A stretch of DNA of 62,664 nucleotides, the filler included, from Sphacelaria rigidula (Eukaryota): the NCBI GenBank assembly GCA_964200075.2. It is 10 parts of 10 records of this genome, joined end to end, with 100 filler letters (N's around TTAATTAATTAA, not from the genome) between each part and the next. Parts side by side here need not be neighbours in the genome. Positions count along the whole stretch, not along the records: positions 6,278 to 12,454 come from CAXNAA020021719.1; positions 12,555 to 18,731 come from CAXNAA020021720.1; positions 18,832 to 25,008 come from CAXNAA020021721.1; 7 more parts are not named here. One strand, written 5' to 3'. How positions within the stretch are numbered: the stretch's first letter is position 1; each line of letters starts with the position of its first letter. The position numbers were made by a program, and so were the translations under genes. Below the pieces are notes generated by a model. The model did no database searches. It was not told the DNA's origin and saw only the letters and a list, made by a program, of their open reading frames with translations. Below are positions 9,591-22,716 of the stretch, one piece after another.

Positions 9591-12500
9591 CCAACACAAC
9601 ATCATTCATCACATCAGACCATTTTGGTACTTGAACGAGTTTTTGTGGCGACAAAGTCTCCATCTGTGCGCATATCGAGGGAGCTCAGATTCGGGATTTG
9701 CCTGTTATGGATCCCAATATCGCCCAGATCGGGGAAGCTCAGATGGGGATTTTCGATTTTCGCATGAATTTCCCTAATCTGCGCCACAGGTCAGGGGAAA
9801 GTTGAGTCCCCCCCCAAGCTGTAGGAAGGTGGCGTGCCCACGCACGTGCAGTGACGTACAAGATCGGGCAAGAGGCGTTTGATATTTTCGAAACAGCAGC
9901 AGCATACAGTCTAGTGACAGCAGACGTCAGGCCGTGCCTGCCCGCACCAGCTGCTGGAGTAGCTGCGTAGCACAGGTAAAGCGCACGGAGTTTGACAAGC
10001 GGATAAGAAGTATTGACGCCATACCCTGCGGCCATGGTAATATATTCCACTGCACTGTAGCATGTATCACCGTAAGGAACGGTGTCGTACTATCTTACTG
10101 TCGGGTGCCGTTGTACTTACAGGGTGATGTACGGCACTACACTCGTGCTGCATTGTTGTCGCGTACAGTTCTCGCAATACCCGACTGTACCATGATGTAT
10201 TTCCGCATGACATCATCATATACATTGATACATGGAGTGTACCGCACTGTATTACTCTAGGGTAGCACGGTACGACACTGTACTTGAAGGATGATTCACT
10301 GCCTGCCTGTTCTTCGGTTTCACTGGTAGGTGATACTACACCCCTGCAGAAAATGACCCGTGCACAGAACTTTTGAAATAAGATCTGTGAAACCATAATG
10401 GCGCCTGTGCGTATCCGACTTCCGCAAATATGAGTCATCCGTGTTTTTGCACAGATTCGGGTCTCTGCAGATTCGGTTTTTGTCTCCATAAAAACTCGTC
10501 TACATTGGAAATAGGGAGATGATATTGGACTTTTCGATAGATCACGAAATCAAATATCACATCAGATCAATTTTGGGCCCAGATGCAGATTCCTAGGGTT
10601 TAAGCCCGCTAGGCCGTTGCCACGTACATAAATGGTGTTTTCTGCTGATGAGTTGTGCACACGACCAGTAGCTGCTCTGCAATCGCGTATGAAGCTTCGC
10701 TGTCATAAGCGTCCATGGTAACGCTGGTGGGATATGAAGGCGTACCTAGTGGGGTATGAAGGCGAACAGGGCGCAGTCATCCCGTTCGCTGTAAGCGTTG
10801 CACAAACACGAGCCAGTATAGCGAAACCCAAACTTGGCAGCTCAATCGCCTTCGACTACTGTGATCATAATGTCAAAAAAACAAACGCATAATTGTTTTA
10901 GCGCCCGAGCGTCGTGCTTTAGTCTTACTGCCCCGTTTACACTGTCATCCTCCACTGCACTGCCAGTAGCAGTAGCAGGCCGCGGGCGCTAAAACAATGA
11001 AACCTTTTGCAACCCTCCACTTCGGTCCCCGGGCCAGGCGCCTCATTATTTCAAGTTCTGAAAAAGAAGAAAAGATGGAAACAAGAAAGACTCGACGGCA
11101 ACCATTTTTACTGCGAAAGACCGAAGAAGACGCCAGAAGCATACGTCATGGATGCACCGAAAATGAAGACTCGGAGCGGTCGGGTTGGGTTTGTCCAATA
11201 ATACCACGCAACGGGCGAATTGTGTCCAATTCTATGCATCGACAGAACTCTCGTAAAACAGTACAAACTCCCATATGTGACATTCGTCAATGGAAAAAAG
11301 GTCAATTTGAGTTCGGTGCACGAATATGCCACATCAGCATACTTGAACTTAGAATGGTGCACTAAGATCGGTTGGGGCAGCCCATTGCCCGCCGGCGCAC
11401 ACCGCCCCCCCCCGCTCGCCTACCGAACCCAAACACAGTAACCGTGGCAAGAGAATGCTACGAGGCACACAGGATTATGTAGGAGACACCTGGCGGACGT
11501 GATTGCAAGCGTCCAGACGGGCGATTTACTAGCAAACGGTCGACAACCGACCGGGACAGCCTTTCGCAACCAGCCCAACCCAACTACAACTACAGTCAGT
11601 AAAAACACTTCACTACAGTCTAGTATATCTGAGTAACGATGTTACGGTCTTCTATGCAGAAAACAGAAGCTGTGTAATATAATTCCATGAAACCCCATAG
11701 CCTGTATCGGATATGCTGAAGTGACGGCCCCGCCTACGGTGCACCAGAGGTACGTATAACGGCGGGGTACATGGCATCCGCGTTGACGTTACGGAATGAT
11801 CAAACCGCAGTATAGTGTCGTATAAACGACTACGACAGAGTACAGTAACGTGCATGACGTGAATTTACACTTGAAAGAAGCTGAAAACATCATGATCACA
11901 CGCGGTACAGGGGAGGAGGTGAACACATCCCCACAGGGCCTGACGGTGACTGTCTCCGAATGCAGATATTGGACGGGGGCATAATTGAGGTAAATGTGCC
12001 GTCGGCGTTGCCTTTGTCATTGCAGCTTAGGCGCAGGCTTGCTATGATGCGGCATAGAGCATCAATTGAACGGGAAGGAGCGTGCAAATGCGGCGTACAG
12101 ATTGCTTCACGGAGGCCTGCCGTGCACTCTGGCCGGGGTTAGAAAACACCTACGGGTCGAACAATTCGTCATACCCGTAAAATACTGTAGGGAACCTTCT
12201 GCTCTTTCACGTTCCATTCGCACGGGTCTGAAAAACACGTTTGGGCGAACCGTTTATTCAAAGGCTGTAGAAAAACAACCATTTCTTGCCCGAAAGGACG
12301 TGAATTGTAAGGCCGCTTCTTACAGACTTGACAAGTCTCTGAGAAAAGTCGTTTTGGTCAGTTTCCAGAGCCTTTTTTCAGAACACAACCTTATAGGGCC
12401 ATTTTTCATGTTGTTCCATCACACATTCCTCGCACACCGCACCCGCAATGGTACNNNNNNNNNNNNNNNNNNNNNNNNNNNNNNNNNNNNNNNNNNNNTT

Positions 12501-13597
12501 AATTAATTAANNNNNNNNNNNNNNNNNNNNNNNNNNNNNNNNNNNNNNNNNNNNTCAACCCCATTTTCGAAAATCGGCTGTTAAAGGGTATACACGAGCC
12601 GTGCATGCGTAATTTGTTTTGGGAGTTATGTGGACTTGTTTCGATTTCAAGAGATCAAACCCAACCAAGTACTTCTAGTTTATATTTCGAATGTGAAAAC
12701 GTGAGTGGTTGTTTCCAGGTGCTCTGCTGAACGTATCATAATGTGACGTACTTCTACCCGCAGCGGTGGATCATTGGACTGCATAAAGCCTGCAACAGTT
12801 GCTCGTCGACAACTATGACGGATGCTCGTCTACCAATTTTCATGTAGCTACTCTTGAATGTGATGACCAACTCAGATTCACAACGATTAAGCGACTACGA
12901 ATGAAGCTGCATGCTACGAGGTCCGCACGAGGCCGCCAGACAGACCCTCCGACAGACACTTTTTACCGTAGCCCCCCCCCAAAAGTGCATGGTTTTTGGA
13001 GGCAAAATCTTCACGTGAATCGAAATGGGAAAAGCCGAGCACAACGAGAAGCTGAGAATTCCCACGCTTGGGTTCGTTTCGTTCTGGCCAATGTCTCCAA
13101 TATGAGGCGCTTCATGCAGCCTGGGCCCGAACATCAGGCGCTGTATGGCCATTTTTGTCGTGACACTTTTAGCTGGTTTGGGGGGGAGGCTATCGTAGAA
13201 AGTGTCGACAATCAACTCGAAGATGATCGTCTACTTGTACACGCTCTGACAGTTCATTCGAATATGACCGTCTACCTGTGCGCGCTATGACCGTCCCCGG
13301 GGCAGGACTACATTCTTCCGGTCTCGAGATGTCCACGGGTTCCACACATTCCTTTGCCGAGAGTTACACCAGAAATAAATCTTCGAGGGTTGTTGGCTTG
13401 TAATGAACGACTCGTGTGATTATTGTGGATACTGTGTAAGTTACCAACATACAAGTCGGACATTGGGTGGATAAAAGAGAAAGTTGTATGGACCAAATAT
13501 ATAGATATAAAGATATATGCTTGCACCATAGAGCGAACAAGTGAATTTGATTGCATACAGGAAAATGGGCAAAGATGAAGGCTCAAGATGTCAAGAC

Positions 13598-13905
13598 CAT
13601 GCTTGTCCGAACAGGTTGACAAGGAATCAGGATTTTCCATCCGTGTCCGAACAGGTTCACAGAGGACCAAAAGTTCCCGTGCTTGTCCGAACAGGTTGAC
13701 AGGAAATCAGGATTTCCCATCCGTGTCCGAACAGGTTCACAGAGAGCCAGGATTTTCCCATGCGTGTTCGAACAGGTTGACAGGGAATCAGGATTTCCTA
13801 TCCGTGTTCGAAGAGGTTGACAGGGAGCCAGGATTTTTCCATGGATGTTCGAACAGGTTGACATGGAGCCAGAATTCCCTTGCGTGTCCGAACCGGTTCA
13901 TAAGG
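13598..13905. repeat. Minisatellite, eight ~40-bp units with alternating A/B variants
   Basis: Core TGTyCGAACAGGTTsACA repeated every 39-41 bp; linkers alternate AATCAGGATTT and AGCCAGGATTT. Confidence 0.9.
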
Positions 13906-14349
13906 GTCGGAGTCCATGAAATTTTACTTGGCTGTCCCCGACACGTGATACCCTGGCCAAATGCACACACGTGAACCTGCTTTGTCCGGTCATATTGTTG
14001 TTTCTTCGTTCTCCTTCCCCTTTTTCCTGTTCACTTTCATTTTATGCTAATGGAGCCCTGCTATCCGTGTTACTAGTGACATCGTTCCCCACGCCGTTGA
14101 TGGTTGGGGATGTTTTCGCCACACACCACCCTCCGGAATCCTGGAGACTGCAATACATTGCCATGAATCACGTAATTTTTTTTAATTTGGTGTTACATTC
14201 ATGGGGTACGTGCGCGCAGGTTTAACGTTTCGCGTACCACATAGCTATCCCCAAATCGGTGAAAAATGAGTGGGAACCCCTGGGATCCTCGAGCCCAGCC
14301 CTTCTACCCGGCGGTATCCATCCAACAATCTCCCGTGCAAGCGACTGCT

Positions 14350-14526
14350 ACACCCCTCTAGCGATAACAAAGAAAGGCAAGCACCGCAGAAAGAAGATGG
14401 AGAACTAAACAAAACAAAAAAGAAAAAACTCCTGTGTTGGCCTTCCTTCTGTGTGACCCCAGCTGGTGCGCCGACATATGCAACAACACTGCGTCTAGAA
14501 TAGATGCAACAACAAACACAACACAC
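14350..14526 (+). mobile_element. 5'-truncated SINE family A copy
   Basis: AGGCAAGCACCGCAGAAAGAAG...GGCCTTCCTTCTGTGTGACCCCAGCTG...TCTAGAATAGATG plus CA-rich tail. Confidence 0.8.
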
Positions 14527-17500
14527 TGCGCGCAGTACACTTTCAACATCGTGTTCGTACTGAAGGTGAAAATCTTTGTTCAGGGTCTGGTACATTTCCA
14601 CATATGATGTAGGGTCTGGTACATTTCCAAATATACGCTATGTCACTAAATGAGGTCGTGAAAAACATTCGCGATATCTGGGCGAACTGCAGATGAGGCA
14701 ATCGCGGAAATCTTCACCTGCAAACTCTGCTCCAGTGCACTGTTAGTTGACATCGCTAGATGGACACTACCCTAACCACTTTGCCGGTTGCGAGACTGTC
14801 AGGGCGCGGGATCCGCTAGCATTGCTACTGTCTGTACGGGGATGTTGCCCCCTTGTCGGGTACGTGGGGAAGGGTCCGTGGCAGAACGCAGTGGTCGCGT
14901 CAAGCAGCTGCACGCTGGGCGTTCTCACTCAAGACTTGGATACTACGTGGGCAGCAGCCCCTTGGAGCAAGATGCGTTTGGTTTCTGCTCGACGAAGTTC
15001 TCCAAAAATATCAAAATCAATTGGGGGTTTTGAGTGGGAAATCTAGCGAAACAAAAGTTGCAAAAATCGAGTCGCAAAAATCAAATCGCACGAAACCGGT
15101 TGGTCAAATTTTCACCCGAAGCAGAAACCAAATTGACTTCGTGAAATTGGAAAACCATTTACACAAAAACACACCTCTAAAAGTGCACGCCTGACTCTTG
15201 CAGCATTGCAAGTTAGTCGCCGAGTGATTTTTCTAGCACCCGGTCAATCACGTTTTGCGTGTATCACCCACGTCGTCAATCCTCCCCGACAGTATCTCGT
15301 GATGTAAGGGTCTTCTGTGCAGTAGGCTTGATGAAAAAGCGTACAATTGGTCACGGCTACTACTACTTACGTCATCTCTCTCGAGTGCAAGTCGGAATCA
15401 CGCACGTACACATGATGCATGCAATGTATCCGCTTGCGCATGCGGCCTCCATGCAGACGCCGCTCACAAAATACACATGATCCATTTATACGCATCGAAG
15501 AAAGTGAAATATCCTTACTCTGTTAAGGGTACCTCCGTTTGCCTGCATGATACACGCAAAAGTCAATCCCGTTCTTGCCTCTCCATCACGCGAAACTACG
15601 ACACACAGATGCGCACACGCAGGGGGGCGACCAAAGCGACCAACCGAAGCCGAGACATACATATGCAGACACCCCCAAAGTCTTCCACGCAGCCTTCATG
15701 CCAACAAAAGCCAATACCCACATACCCTCGCTCGGCCGCCTAAAAAAAAGAGTGGAACGTCGAACTTCTCATCCGACAGATGAAACTTACCCGAAGAAAC
15801 ACGAACGCGGAGCGCACCAACAGACACAAAAGCCGAAGCTTAGCTAGAAAACAAAACACACAAAAGCAGACGTTGAGCTAGCGGAGACAAAGTCTCCACT
15901 TTTCGGAAGGTACGGACGATGGACTGGAGGCGCGCAAGCAGGTGGAGGGATGGGGATGGTGGGGTGGTGGGTGGTGGGCGGGGCGGGGCGGAGGGTAAAA
16001 AGGGGCTATATTTGAATGCTTTCCAGGTACCATGTACCTGACCTCTTTTCTACCCTAATCTCTATCAAATTTACATCCCTCTGCGTGAAAAGCATCGCAA
16101 GTCCGAAACGTCCCTATGGACAAACCGTGCTGCGCTTTTGTAGCCACCCACAGCATCCTCAACATGGCCTGCTTGTGCATGTGGGCTACATCACCGGTAG
16201 ATGGGTGCAATATCGCCTCGCCATCTCTCTCTCGTGCCGTTCATTTCGCCCCCCATTCCTCCACTGCATGTACGCCTCAACCCCCCCCCGCTCTCACAAA
16301 CCTCGCTGACTCTGTGGATAAAGAATATGAGCAAAGTCATGATAAAGAAAAGAAAAATAAGACAAGATTTCCATTTATGCTTGCAATGGGCACAAAAAAA
16401 GAAAGGAAAAAAAAATCACAACCCTTACACAACAGAGCAAACCAATCGCCGACTATTGTATTGTTATTGTACACAACGCTCGTGTTTCTTGTATTTTCAC
16501 CAACTATACGCATAATAAAGCTGGAAATCGCACACCTATCATGAAAAAGTAATCAAGCTTTTGGACAAAACGGTAACACAAATCATTTACCTCACCACGA
16601 GTGAATTTCAATGATACAGGACAGAGAAACACAACCTATCGAGAGAACCCAAACAAAGAAGCACCGAGAGAAATAACCCTCAACAAAGCAGGATATGCTA
16701 GATACATGCACCGCAAATATCGCCCTGCCTCACTGTGCGCGACGATTCCGTCGAGTTCATCCCTTCTCGAAATAATACGGACGCAACGCAGAACAAACAC
16801 GCACACGTACACACACACACTACCACCAGGCCCCCCGTCACATTTGGGTCGGCAGCATGAAGCCAAATACCCAACTGCCATCCCGTGACACCCTCAACGT
16901 TCCCTCCTGAGTTTCGATCACCCGACCTTCGTCGCTCGGCGATCGCTACAGTACATCGCGTAAACAGTGTGTACCAAAACTCTTCCTGCTCGCGCAAAGC
17001 CCCCGCGCCGCCCGCCAACGCCTCTACCCTCGATGTTGAAAAGAGTGATCCTCCCATCGTAGCGTACTCGCCTCCATATACCCAAGAACATCAAAAGGGG
17101 ATAGCATTTCTCGTCGACCTTCCTCCCTCGCTACTTATTGTGCGCAAGAGGGGCACGTGCACGCGCGCGCGTGTGTGTGTGAGCAGACGTACTCTGCTTC
17201 AACAATAACCACACACGCCTCAAAATCGTCTCAAAATCGACGCCTACCAAGCCCACTTCTCTCCTTCGCCTGTACCCGCGCAACAACGCCAGCTGCGATA
17301 ACGACACTAACCACACTGCAAGACGTAAATATAAACGAGGAACAGGGCTGATCTGGATTGTAAACAAAAGGGGCTGAGGTTCGGCGGCGGCGAAGTGCCA
17401 CCTCCAGCTCCCCCGTTTCTAGTCTCTATAGTCCTTCAACCAAATCCTTACCCCCCAATATACTATAAATATAACAAGACAAGAATCCTTTTCGAAACTC

Positions 17501-20500
17501 TTCATCAGTAAGTACGAACAAATGACTGCCAACGGACACACATGGAATCATGCAAATACCGCAAAATGACCACAGTACGCGTCAACTTGGGTTGAACCGC
17601 ATGGAGCGAAATAATGACACGATATTAAAAAAAAAACATGAAAGGAGAACGACGATACACCTGATGAACACGCCCCACTCGCACACAATTAAAAATATCC
17701 ACAAGATCCCGGATACATAAGACGAGAACGTACACACAAACACACATGAAAAGAAACAATACAATAGTTGACCCAGCTAAGTAGAAAACAGCAATCTGGG
17801 GGTAAGCCGGGGATAAACACGACGCCAAGGAATATAACACAAAACCCAAAAAAATGCCGACGGCAAAATCACGCAGGTCGACCACCGCTACCGCTGCCGT
17901 TGCTGCTCGTAAACCTCTGGGGAGAGAAGGAGGAGGTCAATCTCAGTAAACAACAAGCCAGTTCGATTCCGACTCCACATCCCCTCCACGCCAACTCGTT
18001 TCTTCTCCCTCTCTCCACATGCCTCCTTCACGTCACGAGCATCCACTGCCTCATTCCAATACTATCCCGTGTCGCTTACGGCAGCCGAACACCCTAACCA
18101 CACATTTTTTTCAAGGTCGTGGAAACGGCATGTATCTATCATATGTGTATGTATATGTATATGTATATATATATAGGTTGCCGGGTGGACGATGGGGTGG
18201 AGGCTATAAAATTGCCGAAGCAGACACGTCTGAGGAACACAAGCTCCGCCGTGACCGAACTAACCGCTTAATGTCAGCCTTGCACTATCAGCACAGCTGC
18301 TACACGTCAGACGTGTAGGTAGCATGGCGCATCGTGCGGGGGAAAACCTCGCTGATGTGTATGTGCGCCCCGACGGGGTAAAAATATGGAATGGACAACG
18401 GACCCTGCAATATCGAAGGGAGCAGATGAAGGCTGACCAACCGATACATGTCACACGAGTACCAGTCCGCAAAAGACTTCGTGCTCCAGTATATACGCCC
18501 ACGTTGCTTGTGTTACGGCAGAATCGCGCACCTTCGCAACATAACACGAATAGCCACGGGATATACCTCCTAGGACGCACACTGCAATGACAATTCATGC
18601 TTCGGGTGTGGGGTTTTCAACGTGCCTACATCATGGTACGTCCTAGGACCCTGTCAAGTTGTCCAATTTATGCACAACCTAACAACACACTCGTTGTGCA
18701 CGCGCTTGGGCCATAAAAAAAAAAAAGCATANNNNNNNNNNNNNNNNNNNNNNNNNNNNNNNNNNNNNNNNNNNNTTAATTAATTAANNNNNNNNNNNNN
18801 NNNNNNNNNNNNNNNNNNNNNNNNNNNNNNNGCCCAACTCTAAATGTATAAAAGAGCATGGGCCTGCAAACTTCAAATCCGCCTCTAGGCTGGCCCAGCT
18901 CGTACCGTATCATCACTTTTTGGCCTTCGCAGCCGGTGCCTCGCGTACGTGCATTTTTGCTGCGATGCGAAGCGATGTCGAACTGGCCACGAAAATGCCG
19001 CCTGTACCTCGACTGTACTTTTCCCCATCACGTGGCGCCGAGGATGTTGAAGTCCTCCGCATTCCAGCGCCGCCGGAATAAGCGGTGAAAATACTCATGC
19101 GCCGTCCTTGCATCAAATTACCTGTAACGGTCTATTGCACTGCACAGTACTGTCGCCGTACATGATACCGCCTCGGGCTTCAATATCTTACGCAAAGTCT
19201 AAGTGATAGATGTCGGACACATGCTTTCATCGCGGAAGACGCGGTCCCCGATGTTGCAGGGACTGCACCAGGAGTAGGGGTGGACATTACTGCCGCCAGA
19301 TATTCCCTCACTGCCAACGCTTCTTGCTTATCCCCATAGCATTCCGCAGTGTGCCCCCCCCCCCTGGCATTTGCTCTGAACAAGTTTACTGCGTACAGTA
19401 TGGAAAATGTGATCGCGATACACACGACGTGCTATACTGTATGCAGTACACCTGTCGCGACAGGTTGTTGTCCACGTAGCGGAAATTGCATACTAAGAGC
19501 AAATGGATATGGCGTGAAGTCCGCAAGACGCTGATGGCGTGCCTGTCAGGGAAAGGTCAATATCTTCACGTGGAACCATGATGTCGCACAATATCCGGTT
19601 GATTATGGTACAAGAAAACTACAACAACCTTCCCATCATTCTCACGCCGCCGTGATAAGGAGAACGGTAAGTCTGGCACTGGAGGATAAAAGATGTTGCC
19701 CGCTGCCGGAGCAGGTTCGCACTGCTCCTCGGCTGAACACACTCCCCTCTTTGGCTACTCTGTGCGGCCCCGTCTTGCTCGACGCGGCGCCTAAACCCAA
19801 ACGGCATCTACCTCTAACATCTGGAGAACCTACACTGTTGAGTATTTCTCGTCTAGGTCCCAGCCTCGGCCGGTAGGGAGCCGATGCAGACAACAAGGCT
19901 GGCAAGATATACCCCTCGCTCCGCACGGGTTTAATATCATTACCCTCTAGAACTGTCATCAGAAAGTGTTCCACTTTTCGGAACAGCCTCAGCGTCGTGC
20001 AAAATCATTGTTTCAGGTCACGAATGCGTTGGATCGCCGCAACTGCTGCGTCGACATCTAGCTTCGGCTTCAACCCACACATACATCAACTTTCAGCTTC
20101 ATCAGACGCCAGGTGTGCTGTTTTGGGGCGCCTATTCTCCACAAATCCGCCTCCATTGTTTTGGAAAGGAATAACACTGAAATGTTTTTTGGGTGATAAG
20201 CGTGGACCAGCTCGTATGCTGATATCAACGGCAAATCTCGTAGTCAAACGGAACAGGCACAACATAAACGTGATGTAGAGATCATGATAAACCCATACAA
20301 ACGGTCTGGCGATATTTTATCCGTGCCGCGAACTAGACAACGCGGCTGAAAATAGATGAGCTTTCCAACCTTGCGCGGACGTCCCACAAGCATACTCCAC
20401 CAGCTTTGGTACACAACTCGTATCAAACACTGTAGAGGATTGTGCTGGCCTCCGAGACAAAGAAAGGGGCGATCGACAGAATTCAAACTCGAAACAGGTC

Positions 20501-22353
20501 ACCACATGACGTGATACCTACCTTCACCATTCTGGGCTCCGGTGAATGTTCGTACTATGTGAGCCCAGTCTTCACAATCTCTCTTCCAATTTTCTTGTGG
20601 TGCTAGGCCGATCATATCGGCAGAAGGTGAGGCGATAGAGCGGGGAGCGACAAAAAAACGGGTAATTTTTCCTCCGTCCACACAGGAAATTCGTGAGGCG
20701 GCGTGAGAATACCCTGTACTCTAGTCAGGTTATTCTACAGTAGCAAGCACGACACCGACACAGTATTGAGACATGGGTGCTCCGGGGGCATATTTTTACT
20801 TGATTATATTTCGACATAAGTCGTCACTTCGTTCTGCTAGTATTCATCAATTAGTAATAGAGTGGGGGGAAGTGTCGAGAACCCCACGTTTACCACCCCC
20901 CTCGACACAAGTCAAAGCTAACCCGTCCAATCCCCCAGCACCAACATGCACCTGGAAGATCAGATGAACCAAGAGACACGACGACTGCAATACGCAGCAA
21001 TTGGCAGAGGCGGCCACTCCTCCGTACCCACTCCAGCCACGGTTTGCAACAGCATGATCGGGGGCACAAGTCGCCAGCAATTACAGAACACAAAAGGGTG
21101 CGAACATGGATTTCGGCTCTGGCACACCTTTCCGCATACCTGCTGAGTACAATGTACGCTCGTTGTTGGCTCGTCTCACTAGCATCTTATCGAGAGATAT
21201 CGCTACCGCCCTGATATCGAGGTGGGAGTCACATCTGTCGGTGACAAGGTTAGAGTAGATAAAGATGGACATGTGCAGGGCTGTGCTAATTCAATGAGGT
21301 GCGGTGCCGTGCCATGCTGTGCTTTCCTGTACGACTGCACTACACTGTCGTTGTACGAACTGACCGATCTGGGATGTACGCATCAACTACACGGTTTTGC
21401 GTGTGTGCATGGTTGATTTGAGTATGTGCGTCATTCTACATGAACGGAGCCATCTGAGTAAGTCAGCTTCTACCGCAACCACGTACACGGAACACATGTA
21501 TACTCATGCTTTCCAGTGCTGCTGCGATGTGGTCTTGCCGTGAATTGATAGTCGGAGATGAGGGCGAAAGCACGGCCAGCGAATGTCGCACTCTCGTGGA
21601 GTGACGACCACAACTTTGGTCTCAAGCGGCGGCTGTTAAAGACGACAATGGGTGGATAGCCTCACAAATTAATGCCTTGACGCAAAAGCGTACTTCACTC
21701 AGCCTTAGTGGTACGATTCATCTCCAACACTGTACAAAGTTGAACTGGCTTTCGAACACCAAGAAGTACGCAGATCACGTGATACCCACGTTAAGTGCAG
21801 CGTACAGCAAAACCGTACACCATGAGAGTATTACGAGGCCCAGAGAGCGTGGGATACCCTCGCATGAGCATGTTCGACGAAACGCACGTACTCATCGCAT
21901 TGCTTTAGTAATCGTTTCGACCGCATGTGTATGCTCGAACACGGCTCACATACTCGCAGCTTGCGATATCGCCACCCATACGAAGCCCGCTACCACAGCT
22001 CAACATGCGCTGTGCAGCTAAGACACAAGAATACTTATGTTTTCCAGTGCTGCTGCGAAATACCCTCGTACCCATACCGTGGATTGATAATCGGAGTCGA
22101 AGGCACGATCCGCAAATATCTAACTTTTCTACGAGTACTGAGGTTATGAACGCATCCCTGGCCGCAAACAATGACTTTTAGTACGTACTACTCGCGTGTG
22201 TAGTGCAAAGGCTTTGTGCTGTGTTTCGTGACAGCGTGACTTGTCTCTGCGATTGCGCCTCGGACGGGCGGGAGGAAAGTTACGTTCGGACTTGTACAGG
22301 GGTAAACATCTAGAATTGGTGCTTTGAAACAGACATTCATCATCCTTTTGTGG

Positions 22354-22716
22354 GTTGTGTGTGTGTTTTGTGTTGTCATCCCATCTATTCTGGACGCTAG
22401 CTTACACCTTCCGGTATACACGGGCACATCAGTCGCGATCGCACAGGAGGAAGGTCAACACAAGAGTCTCTTCTTTTTCATCTTGTTTGAGTACTCCACA
22501 TTCCTTCTGTGGTGCTTGTTTATTTTTTATCGTGAGGCGGGTTCAGGGATTCCTTTCCCTCGTCGACGGTGGAGTCGAATTTCGTGTACGCATGAACGTT
22601 CGCTCTCTGCTGGACATGGTGTGAGAAAAAGTCCCAGATCGTGCGACTTCAACGAGATTCGAACCCACCACCAACCGTCGGAAGGTTTCGAGGTCACCAA
22701 CTGAGCCGCTGGGGCT
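22354..22716 (-). mobile_element. Full-length SINE family A copy
   Basis: Colinear with 4140-4520, including the head (plus strand GAGATTCGAACCCAC...CCAACTGAGCC). Confidence 0.85.

Noticed and set aside
13598..13905. CRISPR or peptide-repeat CDS
   Set aside because: No unique spacers, and the ~40-bp unit length does not preserve frame.
14582..14634. 29-bp tandem duplication (similar short ones at ~10726, ~46375 and ~62297)
   Set aside because: Ordinary local slippage duplications.
16820..18090. Possible minus-strand exons (e.g. LREQEEFWYTLF or VRYDGRITLFNIEG)
   Set aside because: Competing frames, internal stops, weak splice sites and no recognisable domain.
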